The position numbers were made by a program, and so were the translations under genes. The notes under the pieces are model-generated. The model did no database searches. It saw only the letters and a program-made list of their open reading frames with translations, and was not told where the DNA came from. A DNA stretch of 63,943 nucleotides, the filler included, from Octopus bimaculoides (lineage: Eukaryota), in assembly GCF_001194135.2 (NCBI RefSeq). It is 8 parts of 7 records of this genome, joined end to end, with 100 filler letters (N's around TTAATTAATTAA, not from the genome) between each part and the next. Parts side by side here need not be neighbours in the genome. Positions count along the whole stretch, not along the records: positions 1 to 24,470 come from NC_068982.1; positions 24,571 to 33,667 come from NW_026321045.1; 6 more parts are not named here. One strand, 5' to 3'. This document shows, piece by piece, positions 13,857 to 26,309 of this stretch (position 1 is the stretch's first letter; every line of letters starts with the position of its first letter).

Positions 13857-14499
13857 CTTTGAGTGTGGCTCCCGAGAAAGAGTAAAAGTAATTACCCAAT
13901 AGACAGGCAAACAAACAATGAAATTGCAAATGGAACAAACAGGAGATTTAATTACATGACCAGCCAAAACCTCAAATATTTTCTTTGCAAATGATATCAA
14001 CTCCTTAGTTTCCTTCTAAAATTACCATGACTGTTATAATACTTAGAAACACTCTCCCATATGTGCATGTGTACATGTCCGCGTGCATGTATAATTTAAA
14101 TAAAAATGAGGCTAAGAAAAAGCAATTGAGTGACTAATGGCATGAATTTGGGCAACGAAGGCAAACAAATGTATTTCAAATACTATCTGTACAAAATAGA
14201 AAGGCAAGAGAGTTTATAAATGATAGGAAAGCTTAGAAAGCGTTTGTGGATGGATGAGTGAATTTTGATGTTGCTCAAAGGGGTACAGAACCAGCATGAT
14301 GTGGTGGGGGTAAACTAGCATACGCCGTCGGGCCCCGCTGCTGATATTGGAGGTTGCATTCTATGCCTTGCATAGAACAGGGCTCACCCTTTTGAGCTGG
14401 GAAATGAATGGAATGCCTGGTATATGTCTTGCTGTGGCTACCCCCTCCAAGAAAGAAAAAAAAAGGGAATAAGCCTGGGTATATGATATGATACTAAAT

Positions 14500-14800
14500 A
14501 AATTGAATATTGGAAGGTTGTGCAGTGGGTATCTCCACAGTTAACATCAGATATGAAGGAGATAAGTCTGGAAGTTTGTTCTGGTCTACTGGAAGCATTT
14601 GAAGCCTATGAAAACATGCTCTTTTTTCCGATCTGGGGACAGGAAATGAAATGTAGGTGTATCTTTATGATCCAGCAACGAATGGCATCATATATCTTCT
14701 CCAAAGCCTCAAAAGTTCAAGAGCCAGTGTTCCGCATAGTAAGTTATGGTAGTTGTTTGATGAGATGACAAAAGCATCATTCTTTAATTTATGGAACATG
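14500..14800 (+). mobile_element. Mariner transposase fragment (WVP..L region)
   Basis: ORF 14520 WVSPQLTSDMKEISLEVCSGLLE resembles WVPRLLT..QK..R..C..LL. Confidence 0.55.
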
Positions 14801-14884
14801 GTTGTATTGTGAACAGCAAATGGAGCATTGAAACACTCAAAAGTTAAGAGAAGCTATAAGCATAAATCTTCCGTTAAAATGGAA

Positions 14885-15363
14885 TACACTGATCCTGTGC
14901 TATTTCCCACTTCTTGAGCAATTTCATGGATTATTAGACAATGGTCTTCCATGACTATTCACCTCGTTTCGGCTTGTGAATGGCCAACCTGGGCATGCCT
15001 CACTCCCCACTGAAGTGTGGCCATGTTTGAAGCGGTTGTACCACAGAGTTTTACCAATGGCATCATTGCCAAAGGCTTGCTGAATCTTCTGGATGGTTTG
15101 ATCTTGAGTAACACCAAGCTTTTTTGAAAACCTTGATGCAATATCTCTGCTCAATGCGTTTGGAGAAAAGGAAAATGTGACGAGCGTGCACTACACATAT
15201 GTACTCTAGGCGTAACAGCTGGAAACTGATGTGGGCTACTGGCGTGAAAATTTTCACGCATGCGCTGGAAGGGTAGCGTCACCTCCTGTCCAAGTGATTT
15301 TGCCTTCACAGCATGAGATTTAGTGGGGAAAAATGAAATCGGATACCTTTTGAATGCACCTCA
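14885..15363 (-). mobile_element. Mariner 5' end (TIR plus HTH N-terminus)
   Basis: EQRYCIKVFKKLG..TIQKIQQAFGNDAIGKT..WYNRFKHG; TIR-like GGATACCTTTTGAATGCACCTCAT. Confidence 0.75.
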
Positions 15364-15515
15364 TATTATATACTCTTCACCAATGAGATTTCTGAATTTA
15401 CAGAAGCATGGTGACATGAATTTTGTAACCTAAACAACTGTTTTCTTGATAGCCAAACATCTAACAGAATGCTTAGCAAAAGTACTGTTTGATGATTTGA
15501 ATCCCTATTTCCAGT

Positions 15516-15552
<37 letters not shown>

Positions 15553-16029
15553 CCATACATACATACATCATAGAAATATGGTCAGGCTACTTAAAATAAA
15601 GAACTCAAAGTGCAAAGTCTGGGTATTAATATGTTTATGAGTCTTTGACGCACTTCAAAGCGAAATGAAATAAAAAAGTTTTATCGAACACATGTGCCCA
15701 ATCAAAAGGCTACAATATATATATTTTTTTTCAAGTTTATAATGTATCTGAGTTTTTCTTCTCACTCATGTGTTATTGTCTTCATTGCATTGTTGTACGT
15801 TTTTGAAAGTTGATCTTTTCTACTGTGGTCACCAAAGGTGTATCTTGTTTATGGACATGAAACTATTGGCCACAAATAACATGGAAATATCGTCCTAGTT
15901 TCTGGTGACACATGCACATTTGCTGGGTCTATAATCCTTGACTGCACATACAATCACTGTGCCTTGCAATCACCCAGTGTAATTTCCACCACGCAATCAT
16001 GCTTGATAAGGAAACTAATATGTCATCTG

Positions 16030-16681
16030 GGATCTAGTTTAAAACGGGGGCACCGGTATTTTCTTAACGAAACACTTTGAAACTTGGGACACTGGTAGAA
16101 TGTGTCATATAAAACATCTTTTACTCTTAGTCTTCTTAACAAAAAAAAAAGGAATTCGCAAGTTATTCCATATTAAAGTTGTCGTATTTCTGTAATTTCA
16201 ACCAATCACTGACGTCTATTCAGCTGAATAGAGTTACTGCTTGGCGGTCATAAAAATGTTATTCCCTGTGACATATTTCATCCGGTTTAATCGTAATTTA
16301 TACGCATATATTGTTTATATAATAAATTACGCTGTGCGTATCTATGTGTGTAACAATTTTAGAGTTCGGATTTTAGAGTTAGGGTTAGTTTTAGGGTTAG
16401 GGTTAGGGTTAACAGTCTAGTTAGGGTTAGGGTTAGGGTTAGGGGATTAATACGATATACACCGTTACAGCGCTAACTGTTTTCAACTGAATAGACGTCA
16501 GTGATTAGTAGAAATTATCGAAATAAGACAATTTTTTACATGAAATAAATTCGAATACAAAATTTTTTTTCTGTTCTATAACACAAAATAGATAAGTATA
16601 CGAAGTTTGAAAGTCTTTCGGTACCAAAAACACTACATAAAACATTAATGAAAACTGGTGCCCCCGTTTTAAACTAGATCC
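16030..16681. mobile_element. GGATC-terminated MITE, copy B, with an internal (TTAGGG)n array
   Basis: TIR GGATCTAGTTTAAAACGGGGGCACC / GGTGCCCCCGTTTTAAACTAGATCC; TSD GTCATCTG/GTAATCTG; internal 35-bp IR 16194-16228 / 16482-16516. Confidence 0.9.
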
Positions 16682-17590
16682 GTAATCTGACTTCAACAAA
16701 ACAGCAACGTGTTGATTGTCATCACTGACCTGTGATAATATATAGATATATAGTATTTACTCTGTCACGTGGAGCATAGAATGGAATGAAATGCTGCTGC
16801 TGTTTACCCAAAGTAACCATGTGTCCTGAAATGATATATGGTAGCCCAAGGATCCTCAGCTAAAAGATATATTTTTATTTCTTTCAAACATTCTTTATAC
16901 TCTTACTCTGCACATCTGAGGATGGGAACACATTCTACTCCTGCGAAACTTGATGTAATGTGAAGCTGTGTCAACCTATTATCATATAACACCAACTAAA
17001 TGTGTTGGATGCTACATTCTTCATGTGTTCATCTATTAGTGCAGGCAGGCAGACAGGCAGGCAGCCAGGCAGACAAACAGATAGATATGCTACGTTCTCC
17101 ATTCGAATAACGTCGAAGACTACTACTACTTTAATAAATATCAAGGTCTCACGACGCTTGGTAGAAATATGAGTCCTTTAGCCTTTCGACAATGATACCG
17201 CTACATCAAATTGCAATCCTTCTTTAATGAAAATTAACTGTTTCATTTTAGCTCGGCTTCATTTATATAAGAACTTTGGATCTAATTGTTTGTCAGCTTT
17301 ACTGCTTTACAAGAACATTGCAGTCAATGATAATTCAATTGATACATAGAAAATATTAATAATGATAATTTATTATAAAGACAGGAAGTGAATCTGATAC
17401 TTTCACTTGTATAACACGCAAGCTCATAAATCTAATAATGATTTGACGGCAGCTGTCATCTATGATGAAATAATTTCTATTCATATCCGATAGTGTTAAC
17501 TGCATGTATTACAATCAAAAGACTAATACGTGGCTCAGATGTTCATTATTGAAGCTAATCCGGATGTGTGTGTGTGTACGTACGTACGTA

Positions 17591-17692
17591 GGATCTTTCT
17601 ATACAAGTATACGAAGTTTTAAAGTGTTTCGGAAGAAAACACACTAAATAAAAGCTAAATAAAAAATGGTGTCCGCCAAATCAGAAAGATCC
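17591..17692. mobile_element. 102-bp mini-member of the GGATC MITE group
   Basis: TIR GGATCTTTCT / AGAAAGATCC; perfect TSD CGTACGTA; interior homologous to the right arm (AAGTATACGAAGTTT..AAGT.TTTCGG). Confidence 0.8.
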
Positions 17693-18084
17693 CGTACGTA
17701 CGTACGTATACAACATACATACGTACGTACGCACACATTACATGTTAAATTTTTTATGTTACTTGTTTCAGTCATTGGATTGTGGCCAAACTGGGGCATT
17801 GCGCTGAAAGGTTTTTAGTTGATCAAATCGATTACAATACTAGTTAGTCATTTACTACCTTTTATTTCACGATCGTTACCTAAAGATATGGTCTTTCTTT
17901 GTCACTTTCATAGAGATGCATCTGCAATAAAGTCCGACACTACTTAAAACATAAAATAAACAATGGAAACTATAAAATGAAATTGTATTTGAAACAGATA
18001 CAAATTATTACACTTCTAAAGCAGTGTCTGTTCAATATTCATTAAATCACTGAAAATTTTCATGATTCTACTTTCTTCGATGTA

Positions 18085-19555
18085 GCTTAGTTCTTCACTC
18101 TCTTCATAGAACATTGGAGACAAAAGACCTCCACCCGCCACGGCTTCAAGCACTGTCACGTGTCTGCTCTTTGGTCAAGCTCATATCACCCAGATTCTCT
18201 ACATTTTTCAGTGAGGTCTTAGTAGGTCTCCTTGTCTCCAAACTCCTTACCTAACTTCTACTCGTGAGTGACTTTCAACGATGATCACTTCACGAGCATT
18301 CGCAGCATGTGATGCAGCATCTTCTGCTGTTTTACTGTTAGGTTATTCTGGAGATTACTCAGCTTGGCCCATTTTATGACTTCATTTACAGCCTGAGAAA
18401 TTTTTAGTTAGGCAACATCTATAGAAGACATCTGTATTCTTTTACTATGTCACGCAAGTGTTAAGTCACTGCCGGCATTACATATGTTATATACAGGTAG
18501 AGTTTGTGATTCAGTTAGCAGAAAAAATGGACAATACAAGCTTTTCAGGTGTTGCAAGAGAGTTGCAGCTTTGCCAAGTCTCTTCTTGCCATTAGTTTCT
18601 GAGTAATATTACTGCCCAGGTTCACAAAGGTGTTAACGATCTCTAACATCTGTTCTTCTCGCCGGACTGGACTCCACTTTCGTCTTTTCATTGCTGATCC
18701 GAAGACCGAGCTTTGAGCTACTGTTGCTGAGACTGGTGATTATAACATAAATTACCATAGACGTAGTATTAAAGAATCTCAGATCATCAGCGAAGTCAAG
18801 GTCAGTGAAACTCCCTTATTTCCATTTGATACCATACATTTGATCTTCTATAGAATTCCTCGTGATGAAATCCATCAGCAGCAGGAAGAAAATAAAGCAA
18901 GCATATCTCTGATGGCCCTGTTCTCATCTTTGCTTTTGAAATAGCAATATGTCTTCCGGTAAAGTGATAATCTAATGTTATAACTTTATATACTTTATAT
19001 AGCACAACGGTCTTACATAGATATTCCATGTACACCTGTCGAAAACTTCTTAAAGTCAATGAAGTTGACCATTTGACCATAAGCGACAGCTGAGACTCAC
19101 AGCGCAGCTCGATGTTGCGTAACGTAACAGTTTGTTCATTGCATGATCTTCCACTCCTGAATCTCGCCTCGACTTCCCGTAAATGCTCAAACACTTTCTT
19201 TAGAAAGGTAAGAGGGACACTACAGAATACTTTGCCAGTTCAAAATCAATGAGAAAACTCATTAGTTTTGAATCTAGTAGACTTCGTAATAGTTTGCAGC
19301 TAGGCCGCTTTGTTTAATTAGTACACTTGCCATTCTCTATAATTACTTACTTGTCTAAAACTTATAATTTTCATTTAATACCATATCTAAAAGGGCTCAG
19401 AAAGTTACTGGTAGACATTCAAAAGGGAACATTTTGCCAAAGTATTCTGCAAAAACTGAATCGAGGTTATTCCATTCCAGCTTTTGCATCGCTCAGAATT
19501 CTTTTATTGAACAATGTTATAATCACACCTTTACTCCAGAACTTGTCGACTTCAT
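18085..19555 (-). mobile_element. Degraded RTE-clade LINE RT and C-terminus
   Basis: ORF 18802-19194 LRE..ARFRSGRSCNEQTVTLRNI; FADD-like motif near 18790-18800; RTE-like C-terminal remnant near 18100-18240. Confidence 0.75.
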
Positions 19556-19559
19556 CATC

Positions 19560-19639
19560 ATGCCATATGAGGCTGAATGCCATATGAGGCTGAATGCCAT
19601 ATGAGGCTGAATGCCATATGAGGCTGAATGCCATATGAG
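19560..19639. repeat. 17-bp tandem repeat ATGCCATATGAGGCTGA, 4 full units plus 12 nt
   Basis: Direct reading; identical units, no spacers. Confidence 0.95.
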
Positions 19640-20049
19640 TTGTTTATATCGTTGAACACATGGTAAAATTGGCGTCGCTTTATTCTTACGTTTCATTTGA
19701 AGTAGTCATATCAATGATATTGATAATGCTACAAAGCTTTAGCAGGCCCGGAGCTATAGTTGAAGACAGTTGCGCAAGGTGCCGTGCAATGGGATCGAAC
19801 TCGAAACTTCATGGTTGGAAAGCAATCGAATAAAAGTGCGTACTGACACGCACTCAGCACATTGCAATGTGTACGTATGCACGTATATGTGTGTGTACTT
19901 TTGTGCATGTACAGATGCTAATATCTTGCCATTATATACACATATATATATGTATGGTTAAGTATCTATATATAACGATATGTATATAAGTATGCGTGCA
20001 TGAGTATGTATGTGCTCTTTGTTCATGTATATGAGCGTGAGTATATATG

Positions 20050-21904
20050 TGTAGTAACGCTGTGCGCATGCGTAGTCTCACGCATGCGTGGAATTCAACA
20101 ACCAAGCGTTCCCGCTTCTATTCTGTCTCTTTCTTGCTGGCCAGCGATTGAGCATGGACGTGTTTAGCTGTCTCTCTCCATCTTTCGGACTTACGCTCGA
20201 CAGCTCGCTTACATCCACATCCCAACGTCCCAACAATAATGCTCACACACACAGAAGCTGTAACAACAAACAAGAGCTAAAGATGTATATATTTACCACC
20301 TGAATAAATGTTGTTTAAGTTGATAGTCTGGAGTTCAGCGTTCCGTATAATTCTTAATTTTATATAGGAAAGTCAGGTATACATCTAATGATGTATAACC
20401 CACTTTCCTATAAAGTGGTGACCCCGACGAAGAAACAAACGCAGCATGGATTCTGGACTACCAACCTATAACTGGTGAACCCCGACTAAAGAACAAATGC
20501 GGCCATGGAGACTGAACTACCAAGCAACGATGACCACCAACATCTCCAACCATAGTCAACACGACTTTCCAATTGTGTACTCAAGAACTTGGTATAAAAC
20601 TCTCACGTGTACTGACTTTCTATCTGCTGTGATATCTCACATACATATAGACGGCCTGTCTTTTATTATGTTCTTATATGTCGCATTCACACTCTCACAT
20701 ACACATACATCTTTTATGCCACACTAAATATCTCTTGTTATTCATTTCATACGGTTGTCTTTTCTATTGTCTCTTCATTACTGGTATTTACGAAATCTAT
20801 GTTATCGTAGTATAACATATTTGTATATCATCATTGATAAATTATTTTTTGTGTTCGACGTGTGACACGTTTAAATAAAAGGAGTCCTCTGTTTTTCCAT
20901 TCGTCACCATTCCTCCTTTTTGAGTTCGCACGGTCGTTTTTTCATCTTGGGTTAAGAAAATTTTCTTCGAGGTTTTCGCTAATGGTCGTACGGAGATTTG
21001 TCTGTCGACCGTCTGTAAAAGCGCACCTCTTCAAACACCATCACCAAGCAGCCTTTTCGCCACCAGCTTCGTTCAACCAAGATTACCACCGCGACGACAA
21101 CAACTACTACTACCAACTACAAGCATTCCCCCGACGTCGCCAAGTTTCAACAGGACATCATTACCACTGTCAATATCATTACCACCACACATACAGAACA
21201 CAGCTATATTACAGTTCCTGCGCCGACGTCTTCNNNNNNNNNNNNNNNNNNNNNNNNNNNNNNNNNNNNNNNNNNNNNNNNNNNNNNNNNNNNNNNNNNN
21301 NNNNNNNNNNNNNNNNNNNNNNNNNNNNNNNNNNNNNNNNNNNNNNNNNNNNNNNNNNNNNNNNNNNNNNNNNNNNNNNNNNNNNNNNNNNNNNNNNNNN
21401 NNNNNNNNNNNNNNNNNNNNNNNNNNNNNNNNNNNNNNNNNNNNNNNNNNNNNNNNNNNNNNNNNNNNNNNNNNNNNNNNNNNNNNNNNNNNNNNNNNNN
21501 NNNNNNNNNNNNNNNNNNNNNNNNNNNNNNNNNNNNNNNNNNNNNNNNNNNNNNNNNNNNNNNNNNNNNNNNNNNNNNNNNNNNNNNNNNNNNNNNNNNN
21601 NNNNNNNNNNNGCTACATCTTGTGGGTGGTTTTCAGTGGCCATCCTGCCTCAGGCGTTCCAACAGATTTCATATTATCGGACTTACACTCGACAGCTCGC
21701 TTACATCCACATTCCAACGTCCCAACAACAATGCTCACACACACAGAAGCTGTAACAACAAACAAGAGCTAAAGATGTATATATTTACCACCTGAATAAA
21801 TGTTGTTTAAGTTGATAGTCTGGAGTTCAGCGTTCCGTATAATTCTTAATTTTATATAGGAAAGTCAGGTATACATCTAATGATGTATAACCCACTTTCC
21901 TATA
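20050..21904 (+). mobile_element. Short LTR retroelement (non-autonomous or deleted Gypsy-type) with tRNA-Trp PBS
   Basis: 228-bp near-identical direct repeats 20185-20412 / 21677-21904; PBS TGGTGACCCCGACG at 20416-20429; TGTAG start at 20050; candidate 4-bp TSD TATG/TATG. Confidence 0.7.
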
Positions 21905-21936
21905 TATGTATTATATTATATGTGGTTGTATGTGCA

Positions 21937-21971
<35 letters not shown>

Positions 21972-22538
21972 ATGATGTACCTAATGTTTGTGTGATGTGT
22001 ATATGTATCTTGTGTGTGTAAATGAAACTATCTTCCTGCTCTTTCTTTCCATTTCACGACTGACTTCAAAAAGTTGACTTGTTTTTAAAGTCAGCTTTTA
22101 GTAATTCTATTTAGCCTTGTAAGATTTCAGTCTTTTGTGTTTTGTCTGCTTTTTAGTTCAGGCTTTTGTATCATTTTGCTTTGATAATATCGTCTGGACT
22201 ATTCAACACTTCTGTTGTAGCTTTTGCCTTTGTTCACAGACTATATTACTTGATGGTAGGTCGGTCACTCCATTTTCGAGTTATCAAGTTTCATCTTGAT
22301 CATCCGTTTCTCGTTAGAACAATATCCTAATTCCTGGGTAATCCATCTAATGTGGATACACACACACACTGATACATGTACACGAAATATATTTACTCAC
22401 ACTCCCATACATGCACAAGCAGACACATATTCATGCATGCGTATGAAAATAAGAAAAGAAATTTAAAAAAAGATGAGTTTTTAAAAAAATCAAAAGCCGT
22501 TGTTAATAACTATTTATATGGCTAATACTAGCATCTGC

Positions 22539-22702
22539 CAGGGTCGGACCTAAGGGAGGGAGGGAGGATGGGAGGCACGTTCCCCTCCCCGTCAAGAAAA
22601 GAAGTGCGCCCTTCTAAATAATGTTATTACGCCCTTTTCTCCTGGAATTATTTTCCCTTCTGACCTTGTACCTACCGTCAAAAATTCTTGGGACCGTGCC
22701 TG
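22539..22702. mobile_element. CAGG...CCTG MITE with apparent 5-bp TSD
   Basis: Ends CAGGGTCGGACCTAAG / CTTGGGACCGTGCCTG flanked by TCTGC on both sides. Confidence 0.5.
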
Positions 22703-23169
22703 TCTGCAGCAACTGGAAGATAAAAATTCTTCCTGAATGCAAGTTTTAACACCTGAATTCAGGACATGTCCTGGAAAAGAAAGGACGTATGCCAGTAATG
22801 CTATCAGGAAAAGGAGGGTTTGAATGATTAGTCGCAATAGCGGTAGAAAAAGATTGATGGATACATGCGGGGGAGTGAAGGTCGTGAGGTGTATCAGACG
22901 TGACGTAATCTCTCCTTGGTCAGGTTTTGTTACGAAGGAGAGACATTAATAACAGATATATATTTCTGGTAGGAAGGAGAAAGCAAGCGAGTATCATGTA
23001 CGTGATCTGATGCAATATCTCGATAGTCAAGCATCATGATGAGAACGAAGCGCAAGATGATGGTAAGAAAATGATAGCGAGGGGTGAAAAATGAGAGATA
23101 AGATATATACTAAATGATGGTAGGAGAGAGAGGGGGGGGGAGGGTGAAAGTTTTTTTTTACCTTTTCAC

Positions 23170-24170
23170 TTACAGATTGTATTTTTTATATTTTATACAT
23201 TTTTTTTTCTTTGAATAGCTAAGTTTATTATACAACAGATAACATTTTAAATTAAAACATTTAAATACAAAGAAACAGAAAAAAAGAAAGATTAAAAAAG
23301 TAAAAAAGATAGAGTAAAGCAGCAGAATTTGAAGGGGGAAAGGGCTATACACCTCGGAACAAATGATGTGCTCAACCGCGCCTTGCAGTAATGACCGCGA
23401 TGGCGTTGACACGGAAAATGGTCAGCGATACACGTTGCCGCAGTCACTCCGCCTTGCGAGATTCATTTCTCAGTCGGGTCGCTGTTATTTCGATTTTGTG
23501 GAGGAAATCGGTAGTACGGGTTCGAGAACACCTGACGTCTCGACGGCAGCCGGTACAAACTGGTAGCGGCCAGTCAGGTCCCTGTATTTATTGACTTTTC
23601 TCTCCTCTGCGTTACGGGCAGCGACACCACAGTTTGCAGTCGATACAGCAAGGTTGGAACCGGAGAACATGTCGCTGAACGTCGCATCCCAGACTAGAGA
23701 TATGCCTCCCTCGAATGGGAAGAATGTAATTCTGTCGGAGTGCTTACCACCCTTTAGGTCGAGACCTGCTGGCTCCAGCTGAGACGAGAAGCAGCCGCGT
23801 CAAAGTCCCTTCTGATTATGTCTTTCAGAGCGGTGTGTTGGGGGAAACCAGTCGCGCTAAGGCTTCAGGATAATTAATGCAGGCCGAATCCATCTACTAC
23901 CGACAGTTGTGCGGTTCACATACGCGGAGACCGAGGTGATGGGCCACTCCGATATGAGTGCACTCATCATCTAGAAGGATACCGGAAGGTGAGACGGACA
24001 CCGAATTGAGCCAGGCGTCGCTATTTGGCTGCGATGTGGAATGGAAGCATGCAAGGTGGTGCTGTCTCTAACCGCTTGAAGGTGGACTTGCATCTGATGT
24101 CATCCCAGTTACGCTGGACATTTGTATTCTGGCAGAGAAGTTCGCTTTGAACTTCTATATATTATGATCT
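23170..24170 (-). mobile_element. CRE-clade-like non-LTR retrotransposon 3' fragment (zinc finger plus RLE endonuclease)
   Basis: Broken minus-strand frames give LGLRVCEPH, LEPAGL, PDRITFFPFEGGISLVWDAT, AEERKVNKYRDLTGRYQFVPAAVETSG, LRQRVSLTIFRVNA; A-rich tail at ~23170-23320. Confidence 0.8.
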
Positions 24171-25069
24171 GAAATGTAAGATCTTCTCTACCTTGATGAT
24201 GAAGGCTCGATTTATCTAATGTTGATTACAGCCATTACGGCCGCATATTTTGATGAACTACATCAAGATGGATCTCCGAGCCCCCAGAAACACTTATAAC
24301 ACCTTTCTTCCTCCCTTTTAATTTTCTCTGTCGCTTGTACTCTGTGTAAGTTGGATCTATTAATATAAATATCTATATATTTATACTTAAATATTCATCG
24401 TCTGAGAGTCTCCACCTTTTGCTTTCTCTCGTTTTGCTTGTATATATATAAATATATATATATATATATANNNNNNNNNNNNNNNNNNNNNNNNNNNNNN
24501 NNNNNNNNNNNNNNTTAATTAATTAANNNNNNNNNNNNNNNNNNNNNNNNNNNNNNNNNNNNNNNNNNNNATATATATACAATAAGAAAGCGTGATCGAT
24601 AAATAGAAATGTATATATATTTATACATGCTTTTATATATATATATATATATGTGTGTGTAAGTGTGTGTTTGTGTGTATGTATTATGTATATGTACATG
24701 TGTGGGGGGGGCCTGTGTGAGGGTGCATTCATTTCACTGTCTCTCTGTATTTTCTATCTATCTATCTGTCTATCTGTCTCTCTATGTGTAAGTTTGCACA
24801 TGCGTGTGTATGTGTGTAAGTGTGTGTTTGCATGTGTGTGCGTTCGTGCGCGTGTGCATATAAACTCACTGACAGATATTTTTCGTATCAATGAAAATGG
24901 ACGCTAAATGCGTCCATTTTGGTTGACATATTTTTCGTCTTCATCTATCATCTATAATGAAATTTGGAAAACTTAACTCGCACTTAGAATTACTACTACT
25001 ACTAATAATAAAATTGTCCGTGAGTTGTAGTGATGAGCGATAAATATATCGAAATGTCAGCTAACAATT

Positions 25070-25420
25070 AATCGAAAACAGTATTTAACTCGTGGTTATT
25101 TGATCGATGCCGTAAGAATGAAATGCAATGTCAGTCTCGACAGAATTTGAACTTCGAATGTAGAGACAGACGAAACGCCTCTAAGAATTTTTCCCGTTGT
25201 GATAACGATTCTCATATCTATTACATGTACAAGACCTGAGGTTTTGAGGGAGGGGATGTGTCAATTACATCGACCCCAGCGTGTAACTGGTACTTATTTT
25301 ATCGACTCCGAAAGGATGAAAGGCAAAGTCGACCTCGGCGGAATTTGAACTCAGAACGTATCGACCGGTGAAATACCGCTAAGCATTTCGTCCATTGTGC
25401 TAACAATTCTGCCAGCTGGC
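25070..25420 (-). mobile_element. tRNA-derived SINE family S1 (two adjacent partial copies)
   Basis: Head with GAGTTCAAATTCCGCCGAGG B-box and core GCCTTTCATCCTTTCGG.GTCGATAAA..AAGTACCAG; other copies ~29625-29800, ~32525-32620, ~35590-35725, ~37095-37325, ~53130-53290, ~55290-55432, ~61389-61465. Confidence 0.8.
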
Positions 25421-25924
25421 TACCTTGCAGAAGACAGAAATATCAATGGTAAAGCAAATGTCGAGAGTTCGAATCCGAGGAAAGAATCTCTAACTTGGGT
25501 CTGAAACTTCACCCCTTTCGATGAATTATATATGGTTTTTTTTGCCTGTAAAAGGAAATCTAAGTCAACTAATTTATTTCTTGGAAAAACTGCTGATAGA
25601 AGAAAATAATGTCATGTGACTGGCACAAAAATATGANNNNNNNNNNNNNNNNNNNNNNNNNNNNNNNNNNNNNNNNNNNNNNNNNNNNNNNNNNNNNNNN
25701 NNNNNNNNNNNNNNNNNNNNNNNNNNNNNNNNNNNNNNNNNNNNNNNNNNNNNNNNNNNNNNNNNNNNNNNNNNNNNNNNNNNNNNNNNNNNNNNNNNNN
25801 NNNNNNNNNNNNNNNNNNNNNNNNNNNNNNNNNNNNNNNNNNNNNNNNNNNNNNNNNNNNNNNNNNNNNNNNNNNNNNNNNNNNNNNNNNNNNNNNNNNN
25901 NNNNNNNNNNNNNNNNNNNNNNNN

Positions 25925-26252
25925 TGGTGGCGGTGGTGGTGGCGGTGGTGGTGGTGGTAATTATGATGATGATGCTGATGGTGATGATGAGCACGCCCAC
26001 GGCGACAACAACGACGAAGATGATGACGACGACGACAATAATGATAACGATGACAATAATGATGACAATGACGAGGATGGTGGCGGCGGTGATGTTGCAG
26101 CTGCTGCTTCTGCTGGTGTTGGTGGTGCTGGTGGTAGCAAGCTGGGGATGAAGACAGAACACAAATAATGGATGAATAAAACAAAGAAAACCTTGAGAGA
26201 ATGTTATCAAGTTTATTGAAGTTTGTAGTAGTAGCAGCAGCAGCAGCATCAT

Positions 26253-26308
<56 letters not shown>
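25925..26308. repeat. Mosaic trinucleotide low-complexity array (GGT/GAT/GAC/AGT)
   Basis: Direct reading; similar arrays at ~29870-30570, ~32920-33667, ~59340-59690, ~61465-62205. Confidence 0.9.

Positions 26309-26309
<1 letters not shown>

Noticed and set aside
16375-16445. TTAGGG array as a true telomere or chromosome fusion scar
   Set aside because: Short, degenerate and enclosed within a TSD-flanked MITE
19560-19639. Short direct-repeat arrays as possible CRISPR
   Set aside because: No unique spacers, no cas genes, eukaryotic context
24515-24526. TTAATTAATTAA islands inside N runs (also ~33712, 40876, 51560, 56064, 57721, 62885)
   Set aside because: Identical all-frame stop linker flanked by fixed-length N runs: an assembly/scaffolding marker, not biology. 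Adjacency across these joins is uncertain.
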